A DNA stretch of 61,373 nt, filler included, from Choristocarpus tenellus KU-1152 (Eukaryota; Protista; Phaeophyceae), in NCBI GenBank assembly GCA_964200185.2. It is 10 parts of 10 records of this genome, joined end to end, with 100 filler letters (N's around TTAATTAATTAA, not from the genome) between each part and the next. Parts side by side here need not be neighbours in the genome. Positions count along the whole stretch, not along the records: positions 15,892 to 24,879 come from CAXNAD020004114.1; positions 24,980 to 33,215 come from CAXNAD020004955.1; positions 33,316 to 36,154 come from CAXNAD020024294.1; positions 36,255 to 40,334 come from CAXNAD020016325.1; 6 more parts are not named here. One strand, 5' to 3'. Positions 22,400 through 36,879 of the stretch are shown one piece after another. The translations under genes and the position numbers were made by a program. The first letter of the stretch is position 1, and each line of letters opens with the position of its first letter. The notes beneath the pieces were generated by a model. The model saw only the letters and a program-made list of their open reading frames with translations, did not search any database and was not told the DNA's origin.

Positions 22400-24050
22400 A
22401 CGACTGGTTTTCTGCTTATTGCTGCCAAATTACTGACCGACAGCAAGTTGAGACCCAGTTAAGGTACGTTCAACTCTCTCCAGGTTGGTGGTCTTGACTT
22501 CATTCGGTTGCTTGACTTCAGTTTCCAGCTTCCCATATGCTGCAACAGGTAGGTGTTTACCATTTTGCAACTCCACTCTGTCGCCCAGGGTTGTAACCTT
22601 GTAGTTTTTCATTGCTGTTGGATCCAAAGGCAGGTGTTCCGTTGCTCCCGAATCTACAGCCCTCTCTTGGAATTCCTCCATCGCACCTGGGTTAGCAGCA
22701 TTAGAAACTGCACCCATCACCACAAAAGAAATAGACACCAATATTCCGAGTGCTCCTAGCCCTGAAGCTCTGCCTGCATTATAGCTATAGTCCTCCTGCA
22801 TCCTCAGTGAGGGCAATTCCTTCCAACATGCCCATGATCGTCACAAATGTAGCATCATCTTGTTTTTTCTTTCTTGTTGGAGTTATTTCCTTTGCTCAGC
22901 ACGTTGTCCATGCTTGTGAGTGTAGAAACATGTTCCATTGAATGACGGCTTCCTCTCCTGTAAGCTTCACCTGACACAATAGAGCAGTTCCCTTGCCAGC
23001 CACTGACAGTTCCTTGGCTCCCGCCTCGGATCTCTTTGACTGGATGGATCCTTTCGTAATGCAGTCCCGACCAGCCTGCCAATCTTCGTTCTTGACGGTT
23101 TTTCTTCACTGTCGAGAATTCTCGACTCCATATCATACTGTGCAAAAAATAGGACGATCATAAGGTGTACCCTGCTATGGCATTGGATTGAATCCATTCC
23201 TTCTAACTTATAAGGTAGTACATCTGGATTATGTATGGAGTTTGGTATTGCAATTAAACTTACGTAGCCATTGACTTGCATCTGAGGCACAAATAACAAT
23301 ATAAAAGCAATAAGAAGACACCCCACACAAGGTCACTCTTCTTTTCAACCACCTAATCATATTCAGTGAAGGGGATTCGTGTGAGGTTCCCGCCTCTTTC
23401 TTCTCTGTTCTTCCACACTGAGACAAACAGTAGTCTAAAATTAGCACAGCTTTATGAATACCTTCCAAGTTCAACTGCACACATACTACTTAATTGCCCG
23501 CTGATTATGACCACATGTTGATTTGTTCCTCTGTGACTGGTGTCATGAGTCTCTTCAGCTCATTTGCGATGTGGTCGGTCTGAACTGTATACTTCTTTGT
23601 GTCCATTCCCAAATCCATCTTGATGGATATAATCTGAGGCACCCATGGGTGTAAAAGGGAGTTGAATTTCCGCTTCAGGCTGTGTTAATCGCTGAACTCC
23701 TCCATGTGGGTGCTCTCCACAATGTCAAATGCCACTACCTTGTGCATTGTGATCAGTGACCTCCGCACAACCTCTACCTCATGCAGTTTATCCTCATGGA
23801 TTCCTGCACTGTCAAAACCAGCCAATCCCATCTTGATATCATCCTGCTCTGATGCAAAGTAGTACACATGCGTCCAAGTGATCCTGTCTGTGCCAGGCGC
23901 ACCTTGTGCTAGTTGTACCAGTCTTCACAATCTCCTGAGAAACTATACAGGCCGACCTCTAGATTCACTCTGCCCTTCTCCGCCAGTGACTGCTGGACTA
24001 CTGCTGCTGTAGCCTGCTGTGGGCAATCACCTGACTGAGCGTCTCTATCC
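22400..24050 (-). mobile_element. Decayed Copia gag-protease remnant, interrupted by the 23217-23440 repeat
   Basis: A protease-like segment AVDSGATEHL...RVELQNGKHLPVAAYGKLE (22430-22816) lies downstream of a gag-like segment DHIANELKRLMTPVTEEQIN (about 23520-23600). Both carry stops. Confidence 0.72.
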
Positions 24051-26266
24051 ATCGTGAAGTACTCCGCCACCCTCCCTTTGCTGTAATAGTATTTCGATAC
24101 GTCTTGCTAACAGCTACACAAATGTATCAACATGTCAGTGTTCTTAGGAAGGGTGTAGAGCACTCAAGAACAAAATGTCTTACGATGCAACTTGCCTTCA
24201 CTGTCAACCCAACCCTATAGGAGAAGAGGGTTGGGGCTTTGCGAGGAGGGAGTTGTTCAGGTTCGTTGCTGACAATTTAATCAGTGTGTTGTACATGATC
24301 GAAGGTCAGAAATACATACTTCCTCCGTTCAGAATTAAATGTAGCAACGTTTTTCAGCCCCAATAAAGAAGCAAGATTTTATTCACATGTTCATATTTTA
24401 TTGGTGTATTGTGAGATACTAAAAGGATGCCCACCAACATCTGAAGCAAAATAGGGCAGACTACACCTATCTATATGATTCCGTCCCCGAAGCTCTTCAA
24501 AATTCCATTTCTTCCTAGGGGGGACCTTAGCCGCAAGCAATATCACCTTCGTAATGTAACACTTGCTTTTTCTTGCTTATTCCGTGCCCGGGGGGGTTTG
24601 GGGGGTCCTCAGTGGAGGGTGCAAGTACATACCGTAGTTTTCCATCTTCAAGGATGAAAAACTACGTCTTGTTCACATGCACCCAGTCATACAGATCGTA
24701 CCCTACTGCCCCCCTCCTGTGCGTATGGCTGATAACATAACCCACCTTGTTGGCATACTGTTGGTCTGAGAGGACTGGTAAACCACTGCTTGACCTTATT
24801 GACCTTCTCACCCTTGCACAGGGGTCAAAATATCTCGGGGGGGGGTGTCGGCGTCCGTTTTACACTCTTTTTTCGATTTNNNNNNNNNNNNNNNNNNNNN
24901 NNNNNNNNNNNNNNNNNNNNNNNTTAATTAATTAANNNNNNNNNNNNNNNNNNNNNNNNNNNNNNNNNNNNNNNNNNNNGGGGGAGATTTGTGTTGGGGT
25001 TGGTACTTGAAACTCTTGATGTGGTGATGATGTATCAATAGTAGCTATGCTAGTGTCATAGTGATCATATTGACAGATAACCTGTGTTACGCATGGGGGT
25101 GAGCGGTAGGGTTTGGCGGTGGCCAGCCAGGGAGTTGTTGAGGTTGAGTCAATGTAGCTGTGAAAATACGTCAGTTTCAATCAAGGCAAAAAAATGGAAT
25201 TGTTCTCACAATGGAAGTATAGTTAATGATGAAATAAGTGATATTTTCTGGTATAATAATGCAACAAATGATACACTTCAAAATATCAAGGTATAATAAT
25301 ATGATGGACAAATAATAGTGCAATGATGTAGTGAATATTATCTTGTGGTAAAATATTGTGATGACTAACATGTCTGCTGTTGCAATGGTTTCTTCCATGG
25401 CGATACTGTCCTCAAGACCAATCAAGACACATAAAGGTACTATTCATGGTTTGTACTATGTATGAATTTCATCAACAGGTGGTCATTCCTCTTTTCCCAA
25501 CTAAGCACCTCTCAAGCATTTCCTGCATTGACAAATATAAGAAAGAAACCATGTGCACCATCTGTCAAAGAATCCTACAATAAAACAAAATACTGTGTGT
25601 ATTAGGGTATACCCTAGATAGGTCCTGAATCATCCTGGCTGAGGTTGACTGCTGCTTGTAGGCAATAACTAGTAAGTCACATTTTGCTGTGGGTTTGAGT
25701 TATTGTCTTGAACAGCATTATTCTCAAAGAATATTGCAATACACTATGGTTGACAACCCTTACCCCATCAAGTTTGTATTAATATTCATAGTTGGTAAGT
25801 AGTAGGTGATAGTCAATTTGAAGATGTTTTTCCACCATACAAAAAAATGACTGTACTACCCTGTGTGAGATTAGGTTGTGAGGTTAGGTTATGACTTTGG
25901 TTCAACTCCTCCCCAAAAAGGTTTGGGTCTATTCAACAGTCATAACCTGCCAGGCATGTCAATAAAACAGCTTCATCTTGTTGACAAACAGTGAGACCAT
26001 GACTACGTAGTCTGAGCATGTTCCCTGCCAATCAATCAACTGTCTGACATTTAAGTACACACACCAATCACATATTGATCACTCAAGTGCGAGTCTGTCC
26101 AGAACTGATAAAAGAGATGTCTAAATCATCCAATACATTCATCACAGTTTAGGTTAATGGTGTAGAAGGTGCATCAACTCTCTCAGAGAGGAAGAGATTG
26201 CACACTACACACTACACCTGCAGGTCTATTGGGTAAACCACAACATTGTACTACAACAATTGTTAA

Positions 26267-26301
<35 letters not shown>

Positions 26302-26484
26302 ATAATAATAATACTGACCTGACGATAGCAAGAAAAACAAATATAAAAATAAATCAGTACAACCAAAAATAAATTTCCTGAGGCCTCTTCAATTTCGTGG
26401 GGTGGTCGTTACTGTAGGGACATTAGCCATAGAGTGGTGATATGTAAACTGCAGCAATGGCATAAAAAACACAAGGGGGCACTG

Positions 26485-29400
26485 ACTCCAATGGTTACCA
26501 CAAGTCGAGGCTGCCAGTCCATCCCAAGTACCTAACATACCAAAAATAAATGTTTATTTTCAGATACAGGTGGTATCTGGCACATGCTAGTAGACAAGTA
26601 CTACAATATACATATTTTAAAAGTATTATCTGTATCATTATATTCTAAAAGTATTATCTATATAATTATACTTCAAAAGTATTATCTGTATCCCTCTCTT
26701 GCAGTATTTGAAGGATTGACCACAATCATAAACGCTGTTTGTGTTTTCTGGCAGTAAATATAAATTGAGGCATCCCAGTTGTAAGGGTCTACTTGAGGCA
26801 GCAGTTTAGAAGTGCATCTCTCCTTCAGCATGCACAACAAATGGGAACCATTTTCACTGGATTCTTGTTGTCTTTGGTGGCGACAACATTTTTTTTTTTC
26901 TGCAATGCAAAGTACTTGCTTGAGTTATGAGGGAAACAACGACAATTGCCCCGATAATAGCATACTAAATAGCAATGAATTAATGAATGAATCACCTACT
27001 GACTAACAATCGTACAGGATATTTATAATAAAAATATGTAAAATCTTCATCTACGTTCATGCAAGAAAGGCACCACTCGCCAAAAAAACCCAACTAATCT
27101 GATTTCAAACAATAAAAACAGTAGCCATAGTGCAAACATAGCCTTACAACAAAATTAATCCTTACATTCACATCACACCTTCCACCCTGCTACAGTCCCA
27201 AGTGGTGAGGATGTGTCCATATTCCATTGTTGTAATACAAATTGAACAGTATTGTAACAGTCACCAACTGGTGCTACACAATACAGCCTGTATGTGCTGT
27301 ACTGCTTTGAATTCGTATCCATCAAAAAAAGGAAACAAGAAATCAATTCAAGTGTACTCAAATACACCACTCAATACGCCATGTTTCAAAACTCACTGCT
27401 TCAAGAAAACTATTCTTACACCTTGTACCTCGTACCTCATACCTTACACCTTATACCTCATACCTCATCTAGAACTTCCAACTTGCGGGCTGAGACAAAG
27501 TCAATCTTGTCATCTAGCTCCTCAGCCAACATTTTGCACCTCTGTGTAGTCCCCTGCAGTATATTACAGTTCGGTGTGCAAATAGCCACAATATCACAAT
27601 ATCACAACAGAGCATCAAAACAAAGAACACAAAGTCAAGCTCTGATAGGCAGAGCAATCATGTCAGCACAAAAGGCAACTTGATGGTCAACCTCGTATTG
27701 GGGGAGACCATCACCACCAGACAATACAATCTAGCTGCAAGATGATGGATGATATTGATTGCAACAGGGAGACATGCATTGGTGGGGATAGAAAGATACT
27801 ATAGAGGTAGAAGATGAGCGGGGGCAGAGGGCATGGAAGGTGGCAATGATGGGACAGGCTTGGCATGAGGATTCTACTGTGGAATGTGGAACATGGTACT
27901 ATTAATGAGGTATGAGGTAGGGTTGCAAGGTGTGAGATTGTGTGACATGTATGTGTGTGTGTGTGTGTGTTTTTTTTTTAATACATATATATTTTGGGTA
28001 TTACTAGAGATAGGTCCCAAAACAGAAACATATTTTATCCAACAGTATTTGTGTGTGTATATGTGTGTTTGAGGTGTTTCTCAGTTTGATATGATATGAT
28101 ATGATATGATATGATGACATGATACTTGATGTGATGCTTGACACATCCCACCAAAATTGGCTCCCTCCAGTCTATTGGACTATGTGTGAATGTCTATCTG
28201 CGATTTTTGCAAAATGGTATATACTGAAGTACTGAGTACAAAAATTAAATAACCTGACCACAATCAGTATCCATGCATGCAAACTGTCAAGCCTTTCTCC
28301 CTTGATTTGATATGATTGATATCAAAAATACACTTGGTGAATCATATCAAAACGTAATACTTCGATGTGAAACCTATTGCTATAAACTTCAGGGTATAGT
28401 TCTTGGGCGTCTAATATGTAAAGCAATTGTACATTGTACAAGGGTGGATGTACTATCATCTATTGTGGCATAAGCACTAAGTGAATCACTGCACTGATCG
28501 ATACTATTATCGATCATTAACGAGATTGATCTGATCCTATTAGTGAAAACATCATGGATACTGTTCAATGCTGCTTTCTTCACTCCATTCTTAGGTTGAA
28601 AAGTATAGACATCACTATTACCAATATTATTACTTAAAACGTAATTGTTTTCTGTATGGTCTCGTCCCAAGAATAACAACAAAAAAATCCTGCCTTGCAA
28701 CACCAAAACAAGTAATACGTACCAGGCATTATCACAATCGCTGGGTTTGCTGCATATATTTCATGGCACCATAAATACTTCACTGTAGCAGATTTCCAAC
28801 CGTAGTGTGTTGCACAGCATTTCAGTTCAATGCCCTTGTGGGGTTCTTCACCAACATACTGAAAGCAATACTTCAAGACTTGAAAGTGCCACATCCATAC
28901 TTTTAAAACCTGATGCATTAAACCAAATGTTTCCAATATTCTTAAGAAATACAACCCACCAGAAATCGCCTCCTAGAACTATCGGTTACACCTTTCACAT
29001 CCAAGAGACGTTGGTTTTCCCAATATTTGTTCTTGATATCTTTGTTCATTTCATTTCACTTTACCCCAATAAGTCAACACATTTCACCAGCCAGTTGCCT
29101 ACACTACCCACGGAATATCCCCAATATGCCTACATTGGCAAAAAATTGTCATCTGCAGGGGTTGTTCCAAGACATTTTATCATCTTGAGGTATGACCTAA
29201 GAGGAGGGCGACTCTGTTCTGCTCAAAAATACCAAGGTAACTGTAACTGTAACTGCAACTGCAACTGCAACATGAATTATGACACCACATCTGCTTAAAC
29301 TGCCATGGATAATCAGAAGCAAGTGTAGGTAGTTTGAAGAACTCCCAAGGAGTATGGTCTTGGAATGTGCGTCACATTCGTCTCTCAAGAACCCAGCAGC

Positions 29401-30343
29401 CAGAGTCCCCGATCTCACTAGCTCCCACGCAGCTTCCGGTTATGGGCGAAGGGTACGACCTTGATTACGCCAATCGTGTGTACATCGAGTAGGCCCCACT
29501 ACCCAGGTATTGACTTGCCACTCACAGAGGTGCTGCCATTTTGTTTTGCATTAGGTATGAACCCTACTTGCTGTCTCATATTGGAGTCACAACTTCTACC
29601 TCCAATTCAGTCCCAGCTAGAAAATTAGAAATAGTAGTATGGGGAAAGATTGGGCCTAGACCAGAACTTCGTGAAGACCACTTCTACTACTATATCTCCA
29701 ACGTTGGACAACATCTCATCCTGTCACTTAAGGGATCGATACGTCAAACCGCACAGTCCTTAGTATACATCTGGTATGTACCCGATTTTCTTTATTAAAG
29801 GAGCCGGCTATTACCACCGCTGGATTCGACACACCATAAGGCACCGGCTACAACTTCCGAGGAATGGATTGCCTTGAGAACTGCAACAACCTTGAGTGGC
29901 GTAGATCACGTTTGTTCCTGTCAACGTTCAGTGACAGCTCCACAGAAATATTTTCGATCAGATATCTAACATACACACTAAGATCAATATTTGCAAAATG
30001 CACTCCTTCCGTGAAGGCCGAGTCAGCGAAAGGACTCATGTCTGTCACAAATAGAGGGGTCGACGGATATGTTTATCCCATACCCGTATGAGGCGTTGCT
30101 CCGTAATTCAACTCAACAACAGACATTTCTATTGGAAGAAGCGGATGAGCTGCTGAGAATATCCATATTAGAGAAGTATTTATCCAAGAGCTGCATACTC
30201 ACCTGCACAGGTAGAGTAGCCCCATGTCCAACACGAGAAACAGAGATCGGAAAAGACCGACCGCCAAAGCTTGGGACAAATGACAGACAGCCCTCTACCA
30301 TCCAGCACAGTAATGCAACGGTGGTGATCGCCATTCTGGCCAT
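26485..30343 (-). CDS. Probable plastid-targeted protein; exon 1 at 30343-30203; downstream exons only tentative (e.g. about 28720-28850, 27465-27554, 27178-27287, 26485-26531)
   Basis: MARMAITTVALLCWMVEGCLS-FVPSFGGRSFPISVSR is a signal peptide with an ASAFAP-like Phe, followed by a Ser/Arg-rich transit peptide that ends at CAG|GTGAGT. Several AG...GT-bounded open segments follow. The product is not recognised. Confidence 0.5.
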
Positions 30344-30718
30344 GGTGCTACGGCTGCTTTCACTTTAGCAGCAACAAGATTCAACTAAAGTCGTGGTGCG
30401 TTGTGTGTATCATGTTCACAAGTTGACACAATGGGTTGTCTTAAACCTTGGAAGGCCATCTGGTTCAACTTTCAAACCATCAACTTGGGTGAACGATTCA
30501 ATGAATCGAAAGACGAGAGGTCAAAACTCACGGAAGGAGGCTGGGTACGAGTCATCACTATCGATCGCTTAGTAACGCTGCAGTGGCGCTGGTGAATTAT
30601 CTGCGATTGGTTGGTATCCCATGCATCAAGTGTGGGGTCGACTGATACCGTTAACTCGTCTTGAACGGCCACGAACAACACAATGTCAGGAGAGATGCCC
30701 TTCTCGGCCGTCACATGA

Positions 30719-31058
30719 GATGGGAAACTCTACCAACGGTCGATCTATAAAATCTTCGTATCTCTTTTCCCGACAAACCTCTGCAACCAAACAAAGATGC
30801 GGAACCTGCTTGTTGCAATGCCGTAGACTCGCAGCACTGGTTCTTGTTGTCATCCTGGCAACATTGGTGGGTAATGACTCGACTGTGGCAAGTGCTGATG
30901 TCTTGGATGCTACTAGCCCGGTGAACTGGCGGAAGGGGAGGTACAGAGGTAGTGGCTTAGATGTTGGGCGCACTGGATGCGGATTCTTGTTTCCGGGCAG
31001 AGACGGTTGCCGCAGAAGGATGGACAGATATCTGGAGACAAACGACGGAGAGGTAGAA
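30719..31058 (+). CDS. Probable first exon of a membrane or secreted hypothetical protein, divergent from the 30343 gene
   Basis: MGNSTNGR...RRLAALVLVVILATLVGNDSTVASA...RRRMDRYLETNDGE has a hydrophobic segment, with candidate donors GTAGAA and GTGAGC. Confidence 0.4.
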
Positions 31059-33315
31059 GGTGAGCACGCTTGGAGTCGACAAGGCGTTTTGACAATGATT
31101 TTCGTGTCCACTACGCTCACAATCTCTTTCTTGCTATCTGAGAGAGTTGGAATCTTGGACCTCACAGTAGTCTGCTATTGATCCACATTACTCTACGGTG
31201 GGGTTGCTACTTGCGATCGTCAATCATGCATGAACACCGAGCGACTGAATTGTGCATTGCCAAGTTAATTACAAACGTGGGGAGAAGATACGACTCGCCT
31301 CTTTGAAGTCGTTGATTGGGCGGGGCGGACTGCATGTGCAAGAAATGCCTTTATATTACGGACAGTCAATTTGCTGTAGGAGGGGGAAAGGAACTATGTA
31401 GCGATGGCAGCGATTTGCTTGACTCCTTATCCTGACTCTTACCGCAACGCCGATAAATGCATCTTTTGTATTTGCAGTATAGTGCAGAACGGGGGGTGCT
31501 GCTCTGGTCTGTTGAGAGTATAGTTCATATCTTATTGGACATGAAATGATTCATCACCACTCGTTCAACTGCCAACACTATCTCTGCCACATCGAATGAG
31601 CCAAAACCGGTATAACTCGTCAAAAATGTGCTTCAGTTTTAGATTTCTTTGATCAAGTATGCCTGTAGCTCAACTTCAGGTTTGCCAAGGAGGTTCTGCA
31701 CATCGTGGTCATGCCGACAGGCAAATGAATCCATCTGATTTAGAGTTGAAAATAAGAAACCGATCTCTGTGTTCGTATGTGTGTTAGAGATCCCCAGCAG
31801 TGCTTATAAAGTCACGCACATCTTCTGGTCTTTTAACCATGCTATATGTTGCATTGCCTTCCTGTGTCGATTGTTAAATTTAGAATGCAAGGGTTGATTG
31901 CTAAAGCATCTCACACTCACACACCCCAGCCCTCAACCCCCTGGCACAACAGTAGATAGACCGCACATTGATCTCAAGGTTAGGGTTAGAATGATCAGGC
32001 CTGTTTTACCTGCATGTTTGGATTTACTTGAAATACAAAATTCTCTCTTTTTGTTATTTTTTTAGTATGGGTACTGTGCTAGTTGTGTGTTGATGGTGTT
32101 TCTTGCAGATTGTCCAACAAACCAAGACACTTAATGGCTCTATTATATTTGATTTCTTGTGAAATAATATTTCATGTGTGTTGCGTGGTATGTGCTATCA
32201 GTAATATCATGATAGTGCACCTGGATAAAATTTGAAAGTGATACAATGTCGGAAGTATTGGTATGATTCAATACGTGAAGAATAGAACATTCCAACTCTA
32301 AAAATGCATGGTGTCATTCCAAGCATGAAGTATGTGAAGTAAATGCTTGAAATTGTTCCATTCATCAAATAGATCACATCAATGGCTGACTGGGCAACAA
32401 GAAATAAAATATATATTTGTTGTTTGTAGTTTTGGTGTTAAGAATGTAGCAAGTATACATTGCTAAAATGAAACTATAGCTCCTTTGTCACCACTTCTCT
32501 TCAAACTTGCATCAAAATGTCTCCGGTACTACGCAGCACTTTCTGTATATGGGATTAATAAAAAATTAGTGTTCCCTGATGTTGAATGTGGCAAGATCGT
32601 AGAGTACGGCACGCTCGATGTATATATATATATATATTGATGTACAGTGTATATAGTGTATGTATTACAGTACTTTACTGTGTGGTAAAGAATATTCAAA
32701 ATAAAATAAAAAAATGGGTAAGGTGTGCGAACATTCAAAGTTGATAAAACTTTGTCAATCCACCATTGACGTGCTTCTTTTTCTGTGTCTTCAAGATGCT
32801 TCTAATGCAATTACTTCTCTGTGCTGCATCTCTTGGTGTCTTGATGTCTTGGTGTATGTAAGGCAAGGGGGTGATAATAGTTCAGCTTTTAAACCAATAA
32901 TATGGCAAGCAAGGAATTATATGACCTATCCCTTTTCTTGTGAAGATGCCACTCTTGCCTCACACCTCTTACACGCACAATCATGCCCAAAACAACTTTG
33001 AGTATGTTGAATTTGATCTATTTTGTGTCTCTAACACAAATTCTTTAAGGAGCTAGTGCGGTGGCGGGGCATTTATTTTCTAGGAAAATTCCCATCTCTG
33101 GTGCTGAAACTGAGACTGTGGCAATTGTTGAGAGCATCCGGGGGGGGGCAGCACAGGGAAATAAAAATGGAGGGGGAGGTGGGGGGGGAGGAAAACAGCC
33201 AGGTTGCAAGGTCATNNNNNNNNNNNNNNNNNNNNNNNNNNNNNNNNNNNNNNNNNNNNTTAATTAATTAANNNNNNNNNNNNNNNNNNNNNNNNNNNNN
33301 NNNNNNNNNNNNNNN

Positions 33316-33710
33316 GTGAAAGGGCTACCATCCTCCGTGGTGCAAGGGATGCCCATCCCCTTGCATAGTTGGCTTAGGCGTTTCACCATGGGAGTGTGCT
33401 GTCGTACCTGTTCCCCTGCACTGGGGCAGGTGTGGGCATGTCTGGTATCGACATTTTGCCTCCTGCATCCTGCCACTGGGCACCTGTTCGATAGGGCCTC
33501 CTCTCTCCCTAGGGATCTGCTGACTGTGAGCTTGAATTCCTGAGGGGGTATCTGGCATGCTGGGTCCAGCGGTTGTGGCAAGGCCCAGGCGTTTGCTCCT
33601 TGTCCACACTGGCTCCGGTGGCGCGCTTGGGCTAATGAAGAGCTTTCCCTCCCTTGGCGTGCCTCATTTGGGAGGTCAGCTAGCTGTGTCCTGAAGGAGT
33701 CGAAACGAAT
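33316..33710 (-). mobile_element. Non-LTR retrotransposon fragment with restriction-like endonuclease (CRE-like), zinc-knuckle region
   Basis: CPVAGC...DTRHAHTCPSAGEQVRQH...KRLSQLCKGMGIPCTTE is a CCHC knuckle plus the (R)H motif that precedes the RLE domain in CRE/R2-type elements. Confidence 0.7.
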
Positions 33711-33715
33711 CCTTA

Positions 33716-33780
33716 TATATAGTTTTCAATGGTTTCCCCCCTGACACATCTGCAAAATGTCAGAGGGCATAATAATAAAA
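33716..33780 (+). mobile_element. Hairpin-(ATA)n retroposon 3' fragment
   Basis: ATAGTTTTCAATGGTTTCCCCCCTGACACATCTGCAAAATGTCAGAGGGCATAATAATAA matches the family consensus. Confidence 0.85.
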
Positions 33781-36700
33781 ATATAACTATTCTCCCTCAA
33801 TTGATTGCCATCCTTCCCAAACCTTGAGTACAAGATCCAGATTATGTGTATACCTTAAATGTCATCACTATGAATCTTCAGAACACTTTGTCACCTCACT
33901 CTTGATCTGCTAATTTGTTAGAACCTGAATAATATAAACTAGATCAGAAACTTGCAAATTGAGAAGTTACTAAAGTACAAGTAATCTATTTTTATTATTA
34001 TATTGAATAATAATTTGAAATCATATACCCCATCATACCCTTAACTACTTATATATTTATTATTTTTATTATTATACCCTACAACATTTTTGGAGTTTTG
34101 CAAGTGTAAAAACTGATGAATATATATATTTTCCACAGAATGTGGAGATTTCCTTTTCCGTTTGACACCACTTCGACTTGGAAATTCGGTAGTTGCGATT
34201 GGTATGGTATTCATTTATTCCCAAAGGTGAAATACCGTCAACAGTTTTCTGCATGTAATACAGTACTGAGGACTAAACAAAACCCCTATATTTTAAATGT
34301 TGGAAGATAGTAAATATAGATGGGAAAAAGATAAATTATAGTGGTGTACAAATATAAGTAATTTATAGAACACAATACCAAACAAAAAATTATGTTCATG
34401 CTTTTTGCTTTATGGATAGAATGCGACAACACCTTACAGAAAACTCAAACTCCTACGTTCCCAGTGTCCTCCAACCTTTCGTACAACAAGGTGCGTTGCA
34501 CGAGGTGAAGGTAAGGTTGATCTGTCCTCCTGACCAGCTTATCCTGCCGAAGCACGTAACACACTTTAGAGCTCTAGAGCTGTAGTTTCCAAAGAAGAAC
34601 TCCCAGGTACACCACACAGCAGTTCCCGCCCGACAGTAGTAGTACACTTTCTCCTTCACTGTAGTTTGAAGGTTTGAGACTCTGTACCTTTTTGTACTTT
34701 GGGGGTCAGTTGCGCCGACAGAAGGTTTGAACAATTCAGAATCCCCACAACACTTGTCCCCATTCTCTAGCACAGGCCAACAATCAGTACAGAGAGGCAC
34801 ACATATTTTCTGCACATCTCAAGAGTATTTAAGGCCAACACGAAACAGCAAGAGGAGAGTGTCTCCCGTGTTGTCATCATCATTTGACCTCCCCCACGTC
34901 TGAATAGCCATCTACACGAACGGTTTCGTGAGATCACTCTACGAAGGTGAGGGTTCTACCGCTTAAAGGTGACAAATGTGGGTGTCTTGTGTATCTGTCA
35001 AATTTGCATTTGCTGAAAATTCAGGTTTTGCCGAGAACGACCCTATGACTCAAGCAACGGGTCACTTTCATGATAGGATCAGGATTAGAGCAACAAAGCG
35101 AAATTTTATGTTGTGCCGATATTGTGTGAATCTCTCAAGTGCAAGAATGTGTCCAGTAATATGGATTATGGATTGACAATCCCTCTCTTGCTCGCCCGAT
35201 TAAAGTCAAATCCTTGACGCCAAGCGCGACACTTGCAAACATCACTTCCCCATGTTCCCTCCTCTACACGCTTCTCTTCCTCTGCATTTCTGGGCTACCG
35301 TATTGCACCCTGCACTGACCAGGTATGTCTGCCCAGGTGACTGCCCCCCCTTCAGGGGAACAAACCCCTGCCTTCACTGAAGCTGATACGCTTCCACGCG
35401 ATGTTGACTTACTAACCGAACCAATGGGCATGACTACGCCAGAACAAAACATTCCTATGAATTCCGGACATGAGCTCATACGTGCTAGGTCATCAACACC
35501 GAGCTCAGCCCCACCAACCGTACAGAGGAGGAACAACCAGCACCGCGGAACTCAGGTTAGCAATACACGGACCACTCCTCTGCGAATCCAAGCCAAGACT
35601 TTCCCATAATATATTGTGCAAGTATCTTCCCAAGGAACAAAGAAAGCAGCGCACGCAAACATTTGCACTGACATCCTATCAACGTCACTTCCACCTGACA
35701 AGCACTTTTTTGCTTGTTTGATATGTTCAAAATACCCAAGAGCTATTGCTGTCTCCAAGACTATCAATCTACTTCGTGGTGAGCCCTATCATTTATCAGC
35801 CTCTCCTTCTCCACAACAACATATTCCAGTACCAGTGATCTCATCGCCATCACTTCAACACACTCTGCCAGCCCCTGTCACGGTGCAGCTTTGACCTATC
35901 AATCTAATGCTGCACACCCCACCTCACTCCTTCCACAACCAACATTTTCAGTCTGCTGACAAGAAGCAGGAGGTGGTCAAGCGCCTATCATACAGAAGCA
36001 GCACTCCTATGTCTTGCCGCAGGTGAACTGATACTGACTGACTACTGTCAATGCCCCTTGATTCTACCAATCTTGTGTGTAATTTCAGGTTGTACTTGAA
36101 GTATCAAATAGTAGTATTTTATCTAAATTCCCCCCCCCCCCCCCCCCTTTTTTTNNNNNNNNNNNNNNNNNNNNNNNNNNNNNNNNNNNNNNNNNNNNTT
36201 AATTAATTAANNNNNNNNNNNNNNNNNNNNNNNNNNNNNNNNNNNNNNNNNNNNAATGGACAGCCGCCACCCCCTCCCAGATACTTTGAGCCGGAAGTTG
36301 TATATCCGATTATATCCGTACTTACAATTTTTTTTAAATACAAATCACATACTTAATTGATCTTGTACGTTTCCAATGTTCTGAAACCAACTTTGTTTGA
36401 GCTCTGGGCTATCCATGGGACCACCCTGAGATCCATGATCCTGAAAATCCGTGTATTACCGTTTTCGGAAGTTGTAAATCCGAGTATATCCGTACTTACA
36501 AATTGTTAAAAATACGAATCACATACTTAATTGATATTATACGTTTCCAATGTTCCGAAACCAAATTTGTTCGACCTCTGGGCTATCCGTGGGCTAACCC
36601 TGAGATCCATGATCCTGAAAATCCGTGCATCACGATTTTCCAATGGTTGTAAATCCGATTATACCCGTACTTTCAATTTTTTTAAATAAAAATCACATAC

Positions 36701-36845
36701 TTCATTGATCTTGTACGTTTCCAATGTTCAGAAACCAAAAGGTTAAAAAATAACTGGCACCCTCTAATTTTTTTAAGTACAAAATCTTATATTGTTGGGT
36801 ATTAGCATTCTTCAAAATACTAGAGACAACAAAACGCGGTTCTTT

Positions 36846-36879
36846 GGGTTTATCGGATCCGATCGGATCCGATAAACCC
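36846..36879. repeat. Perfect 34-bp palindrome
   Basis: GGGTTTATCGGATCCGATCGGATCCGATAAACCC equals its own reverse complement. A degenerate paralog lies at about 37117-37150. Confidence 0.97.

Noticed and set aside
35325-35894. Possible transposase or BED-finger ORF (FFACLICSK)
   Set aside because: It has an in-frame stop and only a CxxC pair, which is too little to support a call.
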